64,000 nucleotides of DNA from the IMG/VR virus record IMGVR_UViG_3300026549_000050, positions 32,001-96,000 of that record; one strand, given 5' to 3'. The notes under the pieces are model-generated. The model ran no database searches. It was given only the letters and a program-made list of their open reading frames with translations, and was not told where the DNA came from. Numbering within the stretch: the first letter of the stretch is position 1; every line of letters begins with the position of its first letter. The stretch comes from a virus. Its lineage: Duplodnaviria; Caudoviricetes. A program made the translations under genes and the position numbers. This document shows positions 55,530 through 64,000 of this stretch, one piece after another.

Positions 55530-57389
55530 TTACTCCCTCACTTTCGAAAAATCTACCTTTTCCATTATAAATTCTTTTCGTGGTTCTACCGCTTCACCCA
55601 TTAAATCATAAAGCAAATTAACCGCAGTATTATTCCACTCCAGCACATCTAATCTCTGATGTTCTGGACTAAACATCGACGCTTGCGCTGTCTCTGCCGG
55701 AAGTTCACCAAGACCTTTCGCTCTCGTAACTTCTCCCTTTACTTTACTTCTAACCCTATTAAACTCATCATCAGTAAAGTAATATTCTTCTTTTCCTTTA
55801 TTATTTACTATATATAATGGTGACCGCAACCAACACAGTCTACCTTCTTTTATAAACTCTGGCGCGAGATATTGTAGTGCTGCCATTATTAATAACGCTA
55901 TGTGCGCGCCATCACTATCAGCATCGACACAAATACCAATGCGACCGTAACGCAATTTTGAAGCATTGTATTTACCTGGAACTATATTCATCGCACTTAG
56001 TAATAACTTAATTTCTTCATTATTAAATATCTTTTCTTCTGGATTGGAAAGACAATTAATAATTTTACCTCTGATTGCAAGCAGACCATATTTTGTGTAG
56101 TCGCGCGCTTGTGCCATACCACCCATAGCGGAGTTTCCTTCTACGATTAGAAGCGTTGCGTTCTGTCCGAGGAACTCTGCGTCTTTGAGTTTATCAGAGG
56201 CGAAAACTTTTTTCTTTTGATTTTTTTCAATTTCTTTTGAGGCTTCAAGGACTTGTTTGCGCGCCCGCTCTGCGGCACGCTCGGCTTTCAACTCTTTAGT
56301 TAGAAGTTCTACTATTTGATTAAATTCACTTGGATATCTACGTGAAAAATCATCAAGCATTTGAGTAGTACATCTTTGCGCGAGCCCTCGTAATTCTGGA
56401 TTTGTAATTTTTGATTTGGTCTGTCCGTCATAAATTGGGTTTTTTAAATTAACAGAACAAATATAAACTAAGCCTGCGCGCACTACATCGCCAGAACCTA
56501 AATCTTTAACTTTCTTTTTAAAGAAATTAGTTAACGCTGTTTTGATTCCGGTAATTGGCGTACCACCGTTTTCATTTTCTCCACCATTAGAAAAAAGATA
56601 AAATTTCTCTCTACCTGTTGTCCAGTTAAGAATAATCTCAATATCAATATCGTCTTCTGTGGTTTTAAGATGAATTGGGTTTTTATGTATGCGCTTTTGA
56701 ACTTTTGTATCCGCAAAATCCATTAATCCGTTTTTACTTAAATATTTCTGTTTCTTTTTAGTTTTTGCGTCAGTGACGATAAATTCAACACCTTTGTTAA
56801 AATAAGAATATTCCTCTATAATATTGCATATTTCTTCAAAATTAAAATTAACGGGTTCTGCGTTAAAAACTTCCTGACTTGGTTTATATTCAATATATGT
56901 TCCTTGTTTTTGATTATTAAGTGGTTTCTTTTGACATTTATCCCATTTAGGAATACCTTTATCAAACTCCATGTACCATTCCGCGCCATCTCGATAGCTT
57001 GAAATCTTAAACCAATCAGAAGAACAACAAGTTGCTGCGCTGCCTGTCCCATTGAGTCCTCGTGACTTGCCGCCGTATGCATTGTCGTCGAATTTCGCGC
57101 CCGAGTGGTTTTCTGTCAAAAGGTTTATCATCACTTCTTCAGAAAAATCATTTGGGCCATGTGGCATACCACGCCCATAGTCTCGACAGCTTGCCCAGTC
57201 AGGACCAATGGTTATTTCAATTTTATTTGCGGTAGGGCAAACTAAAGCTTCATCAGTTGCATTATTTACTAACTCTAAAAGCCCCGCAATTACTCCTGTG
57301 TGGTCTGCGGAGCCGAGATAAATACCGATACGTTTTTGAACTCCCTCTCTAAATGTTAATTGCTCTACAGATTGAGCATTATACTCCAT
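55530..57389 (-). CDS. gyrB: Type IIA topoisomerase/DNA gyrase subunit B
   Basis: ELVNNATDE, DYGRGMP, HSGAKF, GQTK, VEGNSA, IRGKIIN, DADSDG, KGLGE. Confidence 0.92.
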   Translation of the reverse strand: MEYNAQSVEQLTFREGVQKRIGIYLGSADHTGVIAGLLELVNNATDEALVCPTANKIEITIGPDWASCRDYGRGMPHGPNDFSEEVMINLLTENHSGAKFDDNAYGGKSRGLNGTGSAATCCSSDWFKISSYRDGAEWYMEFDKGIPKWDKCQKKPLNNQKQGTYIEYKPSQEVFNAEPVNFNFEEICNIIEEYSYFNKGVEFIVTDAKTKKKQKYLSKNGLMDFADTKVQKRIHKNPIHLKTTEDDIDIEIILNWTTGREKFYLFSNGGENENGGTPITGIKTALTNFFKKKVKDLGSGDVVRAGLVYICSVNLKNPIYDGQTKSKITNPELRGLAQRCTTQMLDDFSRRYPSEFNQIVELLTKELKAERAAERARKQVLEASKEIEKNQKKKVFASDKLKDAEFLGQNATLLIVEGNSAMGGMAQARDYTKYGLLAIRGKIINCLSNPEEKIFNNEEIKLLLSAMNIVPGKYNASKLRYGRIGICVDADSDGAHIALLIMAALQYLAPEFIKEGRLCWLRSPLYIVNNKGKEEYYFTDDEFNRVRSKVKGEVTRAKGLGELPAETAQASMFSPEHQRLDVLEWNNTAVNLLYDLMGEAVEPRKEFIMEKVDFSKVRE

Positions 57390-57409
57390 ATAATTTCTCC
57401 TCCGGTGAA

Positions 57410-57646
57410 TTAAAATCCAAACTCCCCATTTGCTTTGAAAGGTTCTATTATCTCCTCTTCTTCTACTTCAATTCCTTCAGAACAAACAAGTTCCAAATTA
57501 ACCACTGTCAATTTATCAACTTCTTCATTTACGATATTGTGACTTCTTGTTATTTTTACAATACCACTCGAAGGCAGTTTATAAGCGATGTTTTTTCCAT
57601 TATAATTTTCTATTTTAATTGTAATATAATCTTTATCCATTGTCAA
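57410..57646 (-). CDS. Hypothetical protein
   Basis: ORF with RBS AAGGAG. Confidence 0.55.
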   Translation of the reverse strand: MTMDKDYITIKIENYNGKNIAYKLPSSGIVKITRSHNIVNEEVDKLTVVNLELVCSEGIEVEEEEIIEPFKANGEFGF

Positions 57647-57658
57647 ATTCTCCTTTTT

Positions 57659-57886
57659 TTAAAATGGCGGGTCCTCATCAATTAAGTCGCCCGCTATTGC
57701 AGTTCTTACATTAATTGGCGCTATATCTCTTGGATTAATACTTGGCGGCACATATTTGTGCGCCGGCCTCCATCTCCACGCGTTATTGGACCAGACTAAG
57801 AAATAGGTCTGATGCATTACATCGTGATAGTCAACCGCAAGGACTGTTTCGATTTCTCCTGTATCAATTCTTTTTGCTTTAAACAT
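57659..57886 (-). CDS. Hypothetical protein
   Basis: Start MFKAK overlaps the end of the upstream gene. Confidence 0.55.
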   Translation of the reverse strand: MFKAKRIDTGEIETVLAVDYHDVMHQTYFLVWSNNAWRWRPAHKYVPPSINPRDIAPINVRTAIAGDLIDEDPPF

Positions 57887-58394
57887 TTTCAATACCTTCC
57901 ATATCTGTAAACTCCCAAGGATAATCGCCTTTGCTTAGTCTTTCCGCACATTTGTCACAGAATGGACTTATCCAACCAACAGACAATTTTGTTGCTGGGC
58001 GGCCGCACTCGATACAAGTTTTATGGGATAGTTTTTCATATTTGCTGATTATTTCGTATCCTTTTTCTGTGTTACCGTTGTCATACCAACGTAGACTACC
58101 ATATTTTTCTTTTATTTGCATTATCCTATATCCATCAAGATAATTTGTTTTGATAAGTTCTTCTCTCAGTTCCTCACATAGTTGTTCTCCGAACTTGGCG
58201 CGCCAGCCATTAGGCATTGCATCGAGTTCAGTATAAGAATATGGAGCGGTATACCACCACCCTATATGTTTATTTTTTCGTTTGTTCCAAACAACTTTAC
58301 CAGTCCAACGATTACGCGGAATAAGAAATGGATACTGCTTACAAAGTTTCTTGTTTTTCATTTTAATTTGTTTCTTTTTAATTCGTTTATTCAT
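57879..58394 (-). CDS. Phage hypothetical protein (QIKEKYGSLRWY, C-terminal CxxC...CxxC)
   Basis: RBS GAAAGGAG; first gene of the gyrase operon. Confidence 0.65.
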   Translation of the reverse strand: MNKRIKKKQIKMKNKKLCKQYPFLIPRNRWTGKVVWNKRKNKHIGWWYTAPYSYTELDAMPNGWRAKFGEQLCEELREELIKTNYLDGYRIMQIKEKYGSLRWYDNGNTEKGYEIISKYEKLSHKTCIECGRPATKLSVGWISPFCDKCAERLSKGDYPWEFTDMEGIENV

Positions 58395-58563
58395 ATAAAA
58401 TTCTCCTTTCTATATTTCCTATTTTTAGTATATCAAATTTTTTTAAAAATTGCAAATTTGAAGTTTTGAGTAATTTTATGGTCGGCCGCGAAAGTACGTA
58501 GGAAGTATTTGGTTTTTCTACTTTTATTAAGAGATATATTATTGTTAATAAGGAGAGAAACAA

Positions 58564-59565
58564 ATGGATAAACAGAAAATTATAGATTATATCTTAGAAA
58601 CGCCTGAGAATAATAACCCAGCGGTTCTGAGTACGTTACTTGACGAATATGGAGGAGGTGGCGGAAGTGGACAAGAGAAAGAATTGGTTGAAGGGACTAT
58701 TACGTCGTATTCCAATAGTGAGGTAACTAAGGTTAGAGATTATGGTTTTTATGGTTGTACTAAACTTGACTCGATAAATTTACCAAATGTAAGTTATATA
58801 GGAAATAGTGCTTTTAATGGCTGTAGTTCTCTTACTTCACTTACTTCAATAAATTTACCAAATATAAGTTATATAGGGCTCGGTGCTTTTTCAACTTGTA
58901 GACTACTTAGTTTAGTGAATTTACCAAACGCAAATCACATAGGAGAGTATGCTTTTTATGCTTGCTATTCACTTACTTCGATAGATTTACCAAACGCAAA
59001 TCAAATAAGTGGTTATGCTTTTTGTTATTGTACTCAATTAATTTCAGTTAATCTATCTAATGCAAACTATATAGGACAAGGAGCCTTTGCATCTTGTTCC
59101 GCACTCACTTCGATAGATTTGCCTAATGTAAGCTATATAGGAAGTTATGCTTTTAGAGATTGTTATTCACTTGCTTCGGTAAATTTGCCTAATGCAAATT
59201 ATATAGGAAGTAGTGCTTTTCATCAGTGTAATTCACTTGTTTCAGCGAATTTATCTAATGTAAGTTATATAGGAGGTTATGCTCTAGCGTTTTGTAAGTT
59301 GCTTTCTTCAATAGAATTACCAAACGTAAGTTATATAGGAGATAATGCTTTTAGGGGAGACTATAAATTACTTAGTTTATATCTTGGCAGCACATCTATT
59401 GTTTCACTTCCGTATTCTAACACATTTAGTTTCACTCCAATTGCAGGAAGCACTACATCTACAAGTGGTCAATATGGTTCAATCTACGTACCAGCATCAC
59501 TCTATTCTGACTACCTTACCGCCCCAAACTGGTCCTACTTCTCCGAACGTTTCGTCTCAATGTAA
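58564..59565 (+). CDS. BspA/TpLRR-type leucine-rich repeat protein
   Basis: About 10 repeats of about 22 aa (LxSIxLPNxxYIGxxAFxxC), IYVPASL...NW cap, Gly linker after a 29-aa N-terminal segment. Confidence 0.85.
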   Translation: MDKQKIIDYILETPENNNPAVLSTLLDEYGGGGGSGQEKELVEGTITSYSNSEVTKVRDYGFYGCTKLDSINLPNVSYIGNSAFNGCSSLTSLTSINLPNISYIGLGAFSTCRLLSLVNLPNANHIGEYAFYACYSLTSIDLPNANQISGYAFCYCTQLISVNLSNANYIGQGAFASCSALTSIDLPNVSYIGSYAFRDCYSLASVNLPNANYIGSSAFHQCNSLVSANLSNVSYIGGYALAFCKLLSSIELPNVSYIGDNAFRGDYKLLSLYLGSTSIVSLPYSNTFSFTPIAGSTTSTSGQYGSIYVPASLYSDYLTAPNWSYFSERFVSM

Positions 59566-59570
59566 ACCAA

Positions 59571-59606
59571 ATAAAAAACGGGTTCATACGAACCCGTTAT
59601 TTTTTT
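59571..59606. terminator. Bidirectional terminator
   Basis: AACGGGTTC-ATAC-GAACCCGTT with flanking A/T runs between converging genes. Confidence 0.75.
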
Positions 59607-59608
59607 AC

Positions 59609-59890
59609 CTATTCTCCTGCTGGTGTATCTGGATTAACCGGCTCTTCTGTCTGGTCATCGGCGCCCTGGTCATCCTGTCCACTCTCATTCACATTCTCTT
59701 TAATCCACTTTACATCATCTTCACTAAGCAATCCCGCAGCAACCGCATAGTCCCAATTCAACTCTTCCTCTGCAATAAACTGCTTATAAATAGCTGGGTT
59801 TTCAATTCCAATAGCCATTTTAGTTTTAACTGCGTCTTCGCTCATAGCAAGTAAAGTAGCAATTCTTGTGTTTTCTTTTGTTTTATCCAT
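59609..59890 (-). CDS. Hypothetical acidic protein
   Basis: Start MDKTKEN with RBS AGGAGG. Confidence 0.6.
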   Translation of the reverse strand: MDKTKENTRIATLLAMSEDAVKTKMAIGIENPAIYKQFIAEEELNWDYAVAAGLLSEDDVKWIKENVNESGQDDQGADDQTEEPVNPDTPAGE

Positions 59891-59935
59891 AACATTCCTC
59901 CTATTCACATTAGCCTATATATAAGTAGAATTTAC

Positions 59936-61009
59936 TTACTCCCAATTTACCGTTTTGCTTTTCTTTTTCTTTTTCGGTGGCATTTTCGCCCAGATAAGAA
60001 AGTCTTTCGCACGGGTGGCGGCAACGTAGCACAGGCGCGCTTCATCGTCGTTATATGCGCGGATATTATAAACCAATACATATGGTGATTCTAACCCTTT
60101 CGCCGAATGAGCTGTTAATACCTTTACTGTATTTTCTTTCAATCGTTCTTCAATTTGAGAACTTGTTAATTCTGCTTGTCTGAATGTATCTGTTGGAATA
60201 TCTTGTTCTTGAAGTAAATGGATAAATAAATCTATATCTGCGTTGGTTCTACATAAAACAAACCAATCTTTCCATTCGGTATTCAATCTTTCCTTATTCA
60301 TTAAAAGTGATTGTACGGCTTCGCTTGGTGTATAATTTCCTTCTAACACGTGCGGCCGCCCATCAGTTTGTCTCATGGCGATAGATTCGTCTTCGTAGTC
60401 AGGACCAAGTCTGTATAAAAACTTTTTTGCAAAACGTAATATATCTGGTAGATTTCTCCAGTTCTGTCTCATTTCATAGACCGTTACATCATTTTGATAG
60501 TATAGGTCAATTAAGTATTGTGGATATGACCCATTGAATGAAAAAATCGTTTGTTTGATGTCGCCGACATACATATAGTTATCTGGATTGATAAGTTCAA
60601 AAAATTGAAATTGTTGTTTTGTTGAATCCTGTGCTTCGTCAAGTAAAAGAAATTCAATAGGCTTAATACAACTTGGATTTTTTTGAATTTCTTCAAATAA
60701 GTCATCAAATCGTTCTTGTTGTATTATATCGCTTGTGTCTATGGCGCCGCCGCGGAGTAAGTAATTCGCATACGAATGTACCGTGCCAATGAAAAGTCCA
60801 TTTGGATTTCCTAATCTTTCATACATAACCGACGCTGCATTGTTGGTAAAAGTAATCGCCACAATCTTCGAAGGGTCTACACCTTGTTCGAGTAAATAAC
60901 GAATACGCTCTACTATTACCGCAGATTTACCACTGGCCGCGCTACTAAGTACAAGCACCTTCGGTTTTTCTGTTTCAATAATTTGTTTTTGCACTTGTGT
61001 TAATTCCAT
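59936..61009 (-). CDS. Compact UvrD/Rep-like SF1 helicase
   Basis: AASGKS, TFTNNAA, DEAQD, VGDIKQTIFSF, NWR, LCRTN, TAHSAKGLE, YVAATRAK. Confidence 0.88.
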   Translation of the reverse strand: MELTQVQKQIIETEKPKVLVLSSAASGKSAVIVERIRYLLEQGVDPSKIVAITFTNNAASVMYERLGNPNGLFIGTVHSYANYLLRGGAIDTSDIIQQERFDDLFEEIQKNPSCIKPIEFLLLDEAQDSTKQQFQFFELINPDNYMYVGDIKQTIFSFNGSYPQYLIDLYYQNDVTVYEMRQNWRNLPDILRFAKKFLYRLGPDYEDESIAMRQTDGRPHVLEGNYTPSEAVQSLLMNKERLNTEWKDWFVLCRTNADIDLFIHLLQEQDIPTDTFRQAELTSSQIEERLKENTVKVLTAHSAKGLESPYVLVYNIRAYNDDEARLCYVAATRAKDFLIWAKMPPKKKKKSKTVNWE

Positions 61010-61052
61010 TTTTCCTCCTTGCCCTGTCGGGCCTCGCTGTCGCGAGAATTAT

Positions 61053-62033
61053 TTATTTTTTATCGCCAGATATGCTATTTAGACCATAGTTCTTACTATC
61101 ATAGAAATCTATATAGTACGATTCTCTTTCTCTTAGTTTATCTTTAGGTACTTCCTCTAAAACCTCGAAATAGAAGTTTTCACATCCGTCTTGCGCCATA
61201 ACTCTATGAAGTTGACTTGAAGCTAAAGTCCCAACGCCTAATGCTGACTTAACGTGGTCGCTGAATCTTGAGCTCGTGTTAACAGCCTGTCCTATATATA
61301 CCTCACCCGTCTTTATTCTTGTAATCTTATATACGCCTGGACCTTCTACTGCAACTCTTTTTCTAAGTTCTGCAAGCGGTTTCTGATAATAACCCGTCCA
61401 AATAACTTTATTGACTGCTTCCGGATGTCTAAGCCTCGGCGCGACACTTCGTAAAATCTCAACGTCATCCTTATCGTTTGGGTCTAGCTGTATCCGATAA
61501 AAGTCTTGCTGTTCTTCGAGGGCGCGCTGGCGTAAAATCTCTTCATTAACCGCGGCGCGCTTTCTACGTTCTTCTTCTAATTCTTCTCGTATTTTAGTAA
61601 GCTCTTCATTTGTTTGACCAATTGCTATAATTTTTGAATTTATATCTTTGTTAGCTCGTCCGATTAAAATTGTTCGATAGTTGTCTACTGCATTATCTAC
61701 AATCAAACGTTTACGCTCTTCGTATTCGGCGCCCGCGCTATCAATTTCTTTAAGTCTACCCTTTCGATATACTTCTAAATCTTGATTGATTTCTTCATAG
61801 CGACTTTCTTTCTCTGCCAGAACACATTGTAATTTGCTAAGTTCTCCTTTTAACTCTGCGCGCCTTACCTCAAATTTGTTTGTTTCTTCCTTGAAGTATT
61901 CTTTTAATTCTTCTTGTTCTAAATTTTCTAACTTCTCTATTTGTTTTGTTAAAGATTTAATATTTCGTATTGCTAATATAATAATACTAATACAACAAAG
62001 AAAAATAATACAAAAAATTAAATAATAATTCAT
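61053..62033 (-). CDS. Membrane-anchored coiled-coil protein with C-terminal GIY-YIG nuclease domain
   Basis: N-terminal hydrophobic helix; long coiled coil; GVYKIT...YIGQA...R...H...E...N. Confidence 0.75.
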   Translation of the reverse strand: MNYYLIFCIIFLCCISIIILAIRNIKSLTKQIEKLENLEQEELKEYFKEETNKFEVRRAELKGELSKLQCVLAEKESRYEEINQDLEVYRKGRLKEIDSAGAEYEERKRLIVDNAVDNYRTILIGRANKDINSKIIAIGQTNEELTKIREELEEERRKRAAVNEEILRQRALEEQQDFYRIQLDPNDKDDVEILRSVAPRLRHPEAVNKVIWTGYYQKPLAELRKRVAVEGPGVYKITRIKTGEVYIGQAVNTSSRFSDHVKSALGVGTLASSQLHRVMAQDGCENFYFEVLEEVPKDKLRERESYYIDFYDSKNYGLNSISGDKK

Positions 62034-62100
62034 ATTAAATCCTCTTATATATATTTTTTATTTTTTAGTTTTTCTCTCTCTCTATTATATTCTATCAATT

Positions 62101-62505
62101 TTATTGGCTTTTTGTCAAATTTTGAAAGCGTTGCCAATCCATGTCATTCTTCCACCTGTTTCTGGCACGAAACTTTTCTTGAAAAATGTCAGAAGCAGAG
62201 CGCAAATTATCAATCTCCCAGTAGGGTATTATGTAAAGTGGTATTCCGCGTGAGAGACAATAACTAATTTTACACCTGTCTCTCTCTTGTGCTGTTTTGA
62301 ACTCGGCGCGCGTGCCATAAAATTTGCGATTAGACACATAGTGCTGCGCCCCGTTCACTTCTACGATGGCTCGGCCGCCCTCGACGGCAACGTAGAAGTC
62401 AAACCTATACTTTCCTTTTTTAAGGTCAGTAAATCTTTTTTCACGCTCAAATTTAATTTTATCTTTCTGTAAAAGACTTATAATTTTCTCTTCATAACTA
62501 CTCAT
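62101..62505 (-). CDS. Vsr/DUF559-like endonuclease
   Basis: SSYE...YRFDFY...VEVNGAQHY...D..K pattern; similar to the C-terminus of 35680..36609. Confidence 0.65.
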   Translation of the reverse strand: MSSYEEKIISLLQKDKIKFEREKRFTDLKKGKYRFDFYVAVEGGRAIVEVNGAQHYVSNRKFYGTRAEFKTAQERDRCKISYCLSRGIPLYIIPYWEIDNLRSASDIFQEKFRARNRWKNDMDWQRFQNLTKSQ

Positions 62506-62586
62506 AATTTATCCTCCTTAAAGAAGTAGAGTCTCAATGGTCAAACTCTACTTACCTCTGAAGAGAATGTTCCTAAGCGGAATTAA

Positions 62587-63054
62587 ATGGAGGAAAAGTC
62601 AATGACAGTTGAACAATTAAACCTATTAGCTGAAACAGGAGCTATTGGTTTTATTATAATTTTACTTGGAATGATTAAAATTCCCAAATTAGAATTAAAT
62701 ATATGGTCGTGGATTGGTCGAGGTTTTGGTAGAGCAATAAACGGAGAAATAATTGAAGAAGTTAGAAAAATTGATATGAAGCTTGATAATCATATCAAAT
62801 ACGAAGAAGTGGAACATATTAGAAACGTGCGTCAACGCATTCTTCGTTTTAGTGATGAAATTTTAATGGGTAAAAAACATTCTAAGGAACATTTTGATGA
62901 AATTTTATCAGATATTGATGTTTATGAAAGATACTGCGATGAGCATACCGATTATATAAATAATAAAGCAGTTTTATCAATAGAAACGATAAAAGATGTA
63001 TATAATGATTGTTTAGTTAGTCATGGTTTTGTTACTTATAACAAAAAGAATTAG
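62587..63054 (+). CDS. Membrane protein, holin-like
   Basis: N-terminal hydrophobic segment, charged helical C-terminus; start of the second rightward module. Confidence 0.45.
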   Translation: MEEKSMTVEQLNLLAETGAIGFIIILLGMIKIPKLELNIWSWIGRGFGRAINGEIIEEVRKIDMKLDNHIKYEEVEHIRNVRQRILRFSDEILMGKKHSKEHFDEILSDIDVYERYCDEHTDYINNKAVLSIETIKDVYNDCLVSHGFVTYNKKN

Positions 63055-63080
63055 ACAAATTTAAAAGGAGTTAAAAGGAT

Positions 63081-64000
63081 ATGGGAGACTTTACTGGTTT
63101 CTGGTTTAATGGAGTACACAGCTCTGAGTTAGGGATTACAAGAGTTAGTGGAGGAGACAGATATAAAGAAGAGTTGTCTCCAGAAATTAATGATATAAGT
63201 GTAGAAATACCTGGAATGGATGGTGAGTATTATTTTGGTAGTCAATTTGGTACTCGCCAGTTTTCTATTGAAATTGCTTATGATTCTATGACAGAAAAGC
63301 AATTTAGAAAAATAAGTCGAATTTTTCATCAAAAAACAATTGGTGAATTAATTTTTGATGAAAGACCCTATAAAAAATATTTAGTAAAAATTGAAAGCCC
63401 AATTGAGTTATCTTATGTGTGCTTTGATGAGCCAAAAAAAGTTGAGGTTAATTTTAACGGTATCTATGGCCCCACAACAGTATGGGAGGAAACCGATGGA
63501 ACAGAACGTATTTATAAAGGAGAAGGCAGTATTGAATTTGTAGCTTATTATCCTTTTGCGAAATCAACTAAAAAGGCTTTAGATAGTGCAGACATGAGTA
63601 GTGATTGGGCTATTTCTAGTGGAATTTTATCCACAAATGAAAAAAATAAATTTTATATAGATACAATTATCACTGAACGCACCGAGATTGAAGATACTGA
63701 ATTAGTATATGAGGTTCCAGATGGCGCCTCTTGTATTATACCTCTATATAATCCAGGTGATTTTCAGACCGGTTTTGTTTTGTATGTACCTTATGCTGAC
63801 GGTGTAAATACTTACCAAGTGGAATTAACTCTGTCAGATGGTTTGGGTAGCTTATCTACCTCAGAATTTACAATAAATACAGAAGATACGTCAAATGAGA
63901 TAGGTTTTATTGTTAATTCTGGTAATGGTTTGATAGAGGGAGTTAATTCCTTTAATGAAGGAGAGTGGACTACTTCGGGAAAAATTTATAATAAATATAT
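63081..64000 (+). CDS. Distal tail (Dit-like) protein, runs off the right edge
   Basis: Not in the ORF track; MGDFTGFWFNGVHSSELGI...VEIPGMDGEYYFG...GELIFDERPYKKY is the typical siphophage tail-component pattern. Confidence 0.75.
   Translation, partial: MGDFTGFWFNGVHSSELGITRVSGGDRYKEELSPEINDISVEIPGMDGEYYFGSQFGTRQFSIEIAYDSMTEKQFRKISRIFHQKTIGELIFDERPYKKYLVKIESPIELSYVCFDEPKKVEVNFNGIYGPTTVWEETDGTERIYKGEGSIEFVAYYPFAKSTKKALDSADMSSDWAISSGILSTNEKNKFYIDTIITERTEIEDTELVYEVPDGASCIIPLYNPGDFQTGFVLYVPYADGVNTYQVELTLSDGLGSLSTSEFTINTEDTSNEIGFIVNSGNGLIEGVNSFNEGEWTTSGKIYNKY

Noticed and set aside
59582-59593. GTTC-ATAC-GAAC as another SOS box
   Set aside because: The half-sites are in the wrong order; it is the stem-loop of a bidirectional terminator.
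1-64000. Integrase, CI-like repressor, reverse transcriptase or alternative genetic code
   Set aside because: None was recognised in this window. Genes read through normally with code 11 and all three stop codons are used. Lifestyle cannot be decided from this window.

Overview
The window is part of a large, AT-rich, tailed double-stranded DNA phage (or prophage) genome. Sigma-A-type promoters, long Shine-Dalgarno sequences, Gram-positive SOS-box-like sites and a class III ribonucleotide reductase point to an anaerobic Firmicutes host. There are four blocks. (1) 1-8.8 kb, minus strand: an early/accessory region of small self-contained cassettes (promoter, RBS, gene, often a terminator) with repeated paralogues: 2 DEDDh exonucleases, 2 HAD phosphatases and 3 winged-helix proteins. 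(2) 9.0-33.5 kb, plus strand: a head-to-tape-measure morphogenesis module with an SPbeta-like gene order. (3) 33.6-62.5 kb, mostly minus strand: a replication and nucleotide module (RuvC-like, dUTPase, NrdDG, DnaE, RecJ, primase, helicase, Sak4-like ATPase, SSB, GyrAB, UvrD-like). (4) From 62.6 kb, plus strand: a holin-like gene and a distal tail protein. The most unusual element is two arrays (1.70-2.13 kb and 3.20-3.85 kb) holding six non-coding units. Each unit has its own sigma-A promoter, a conserved 5'/3' closing stem (GUCAAGGGGA...UCCCCUUGAC) and a variable, highly structured interior (T-loop cloverleaf, pseudoknot, kissing loops). Each array sits directly upstream of a winged-helix gene. 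The early region also carries 11 LexA-box-like sites and further recurrent motifs. All protein calls come from motif recognition and gene context by eye; no database searches or folding programs were run.
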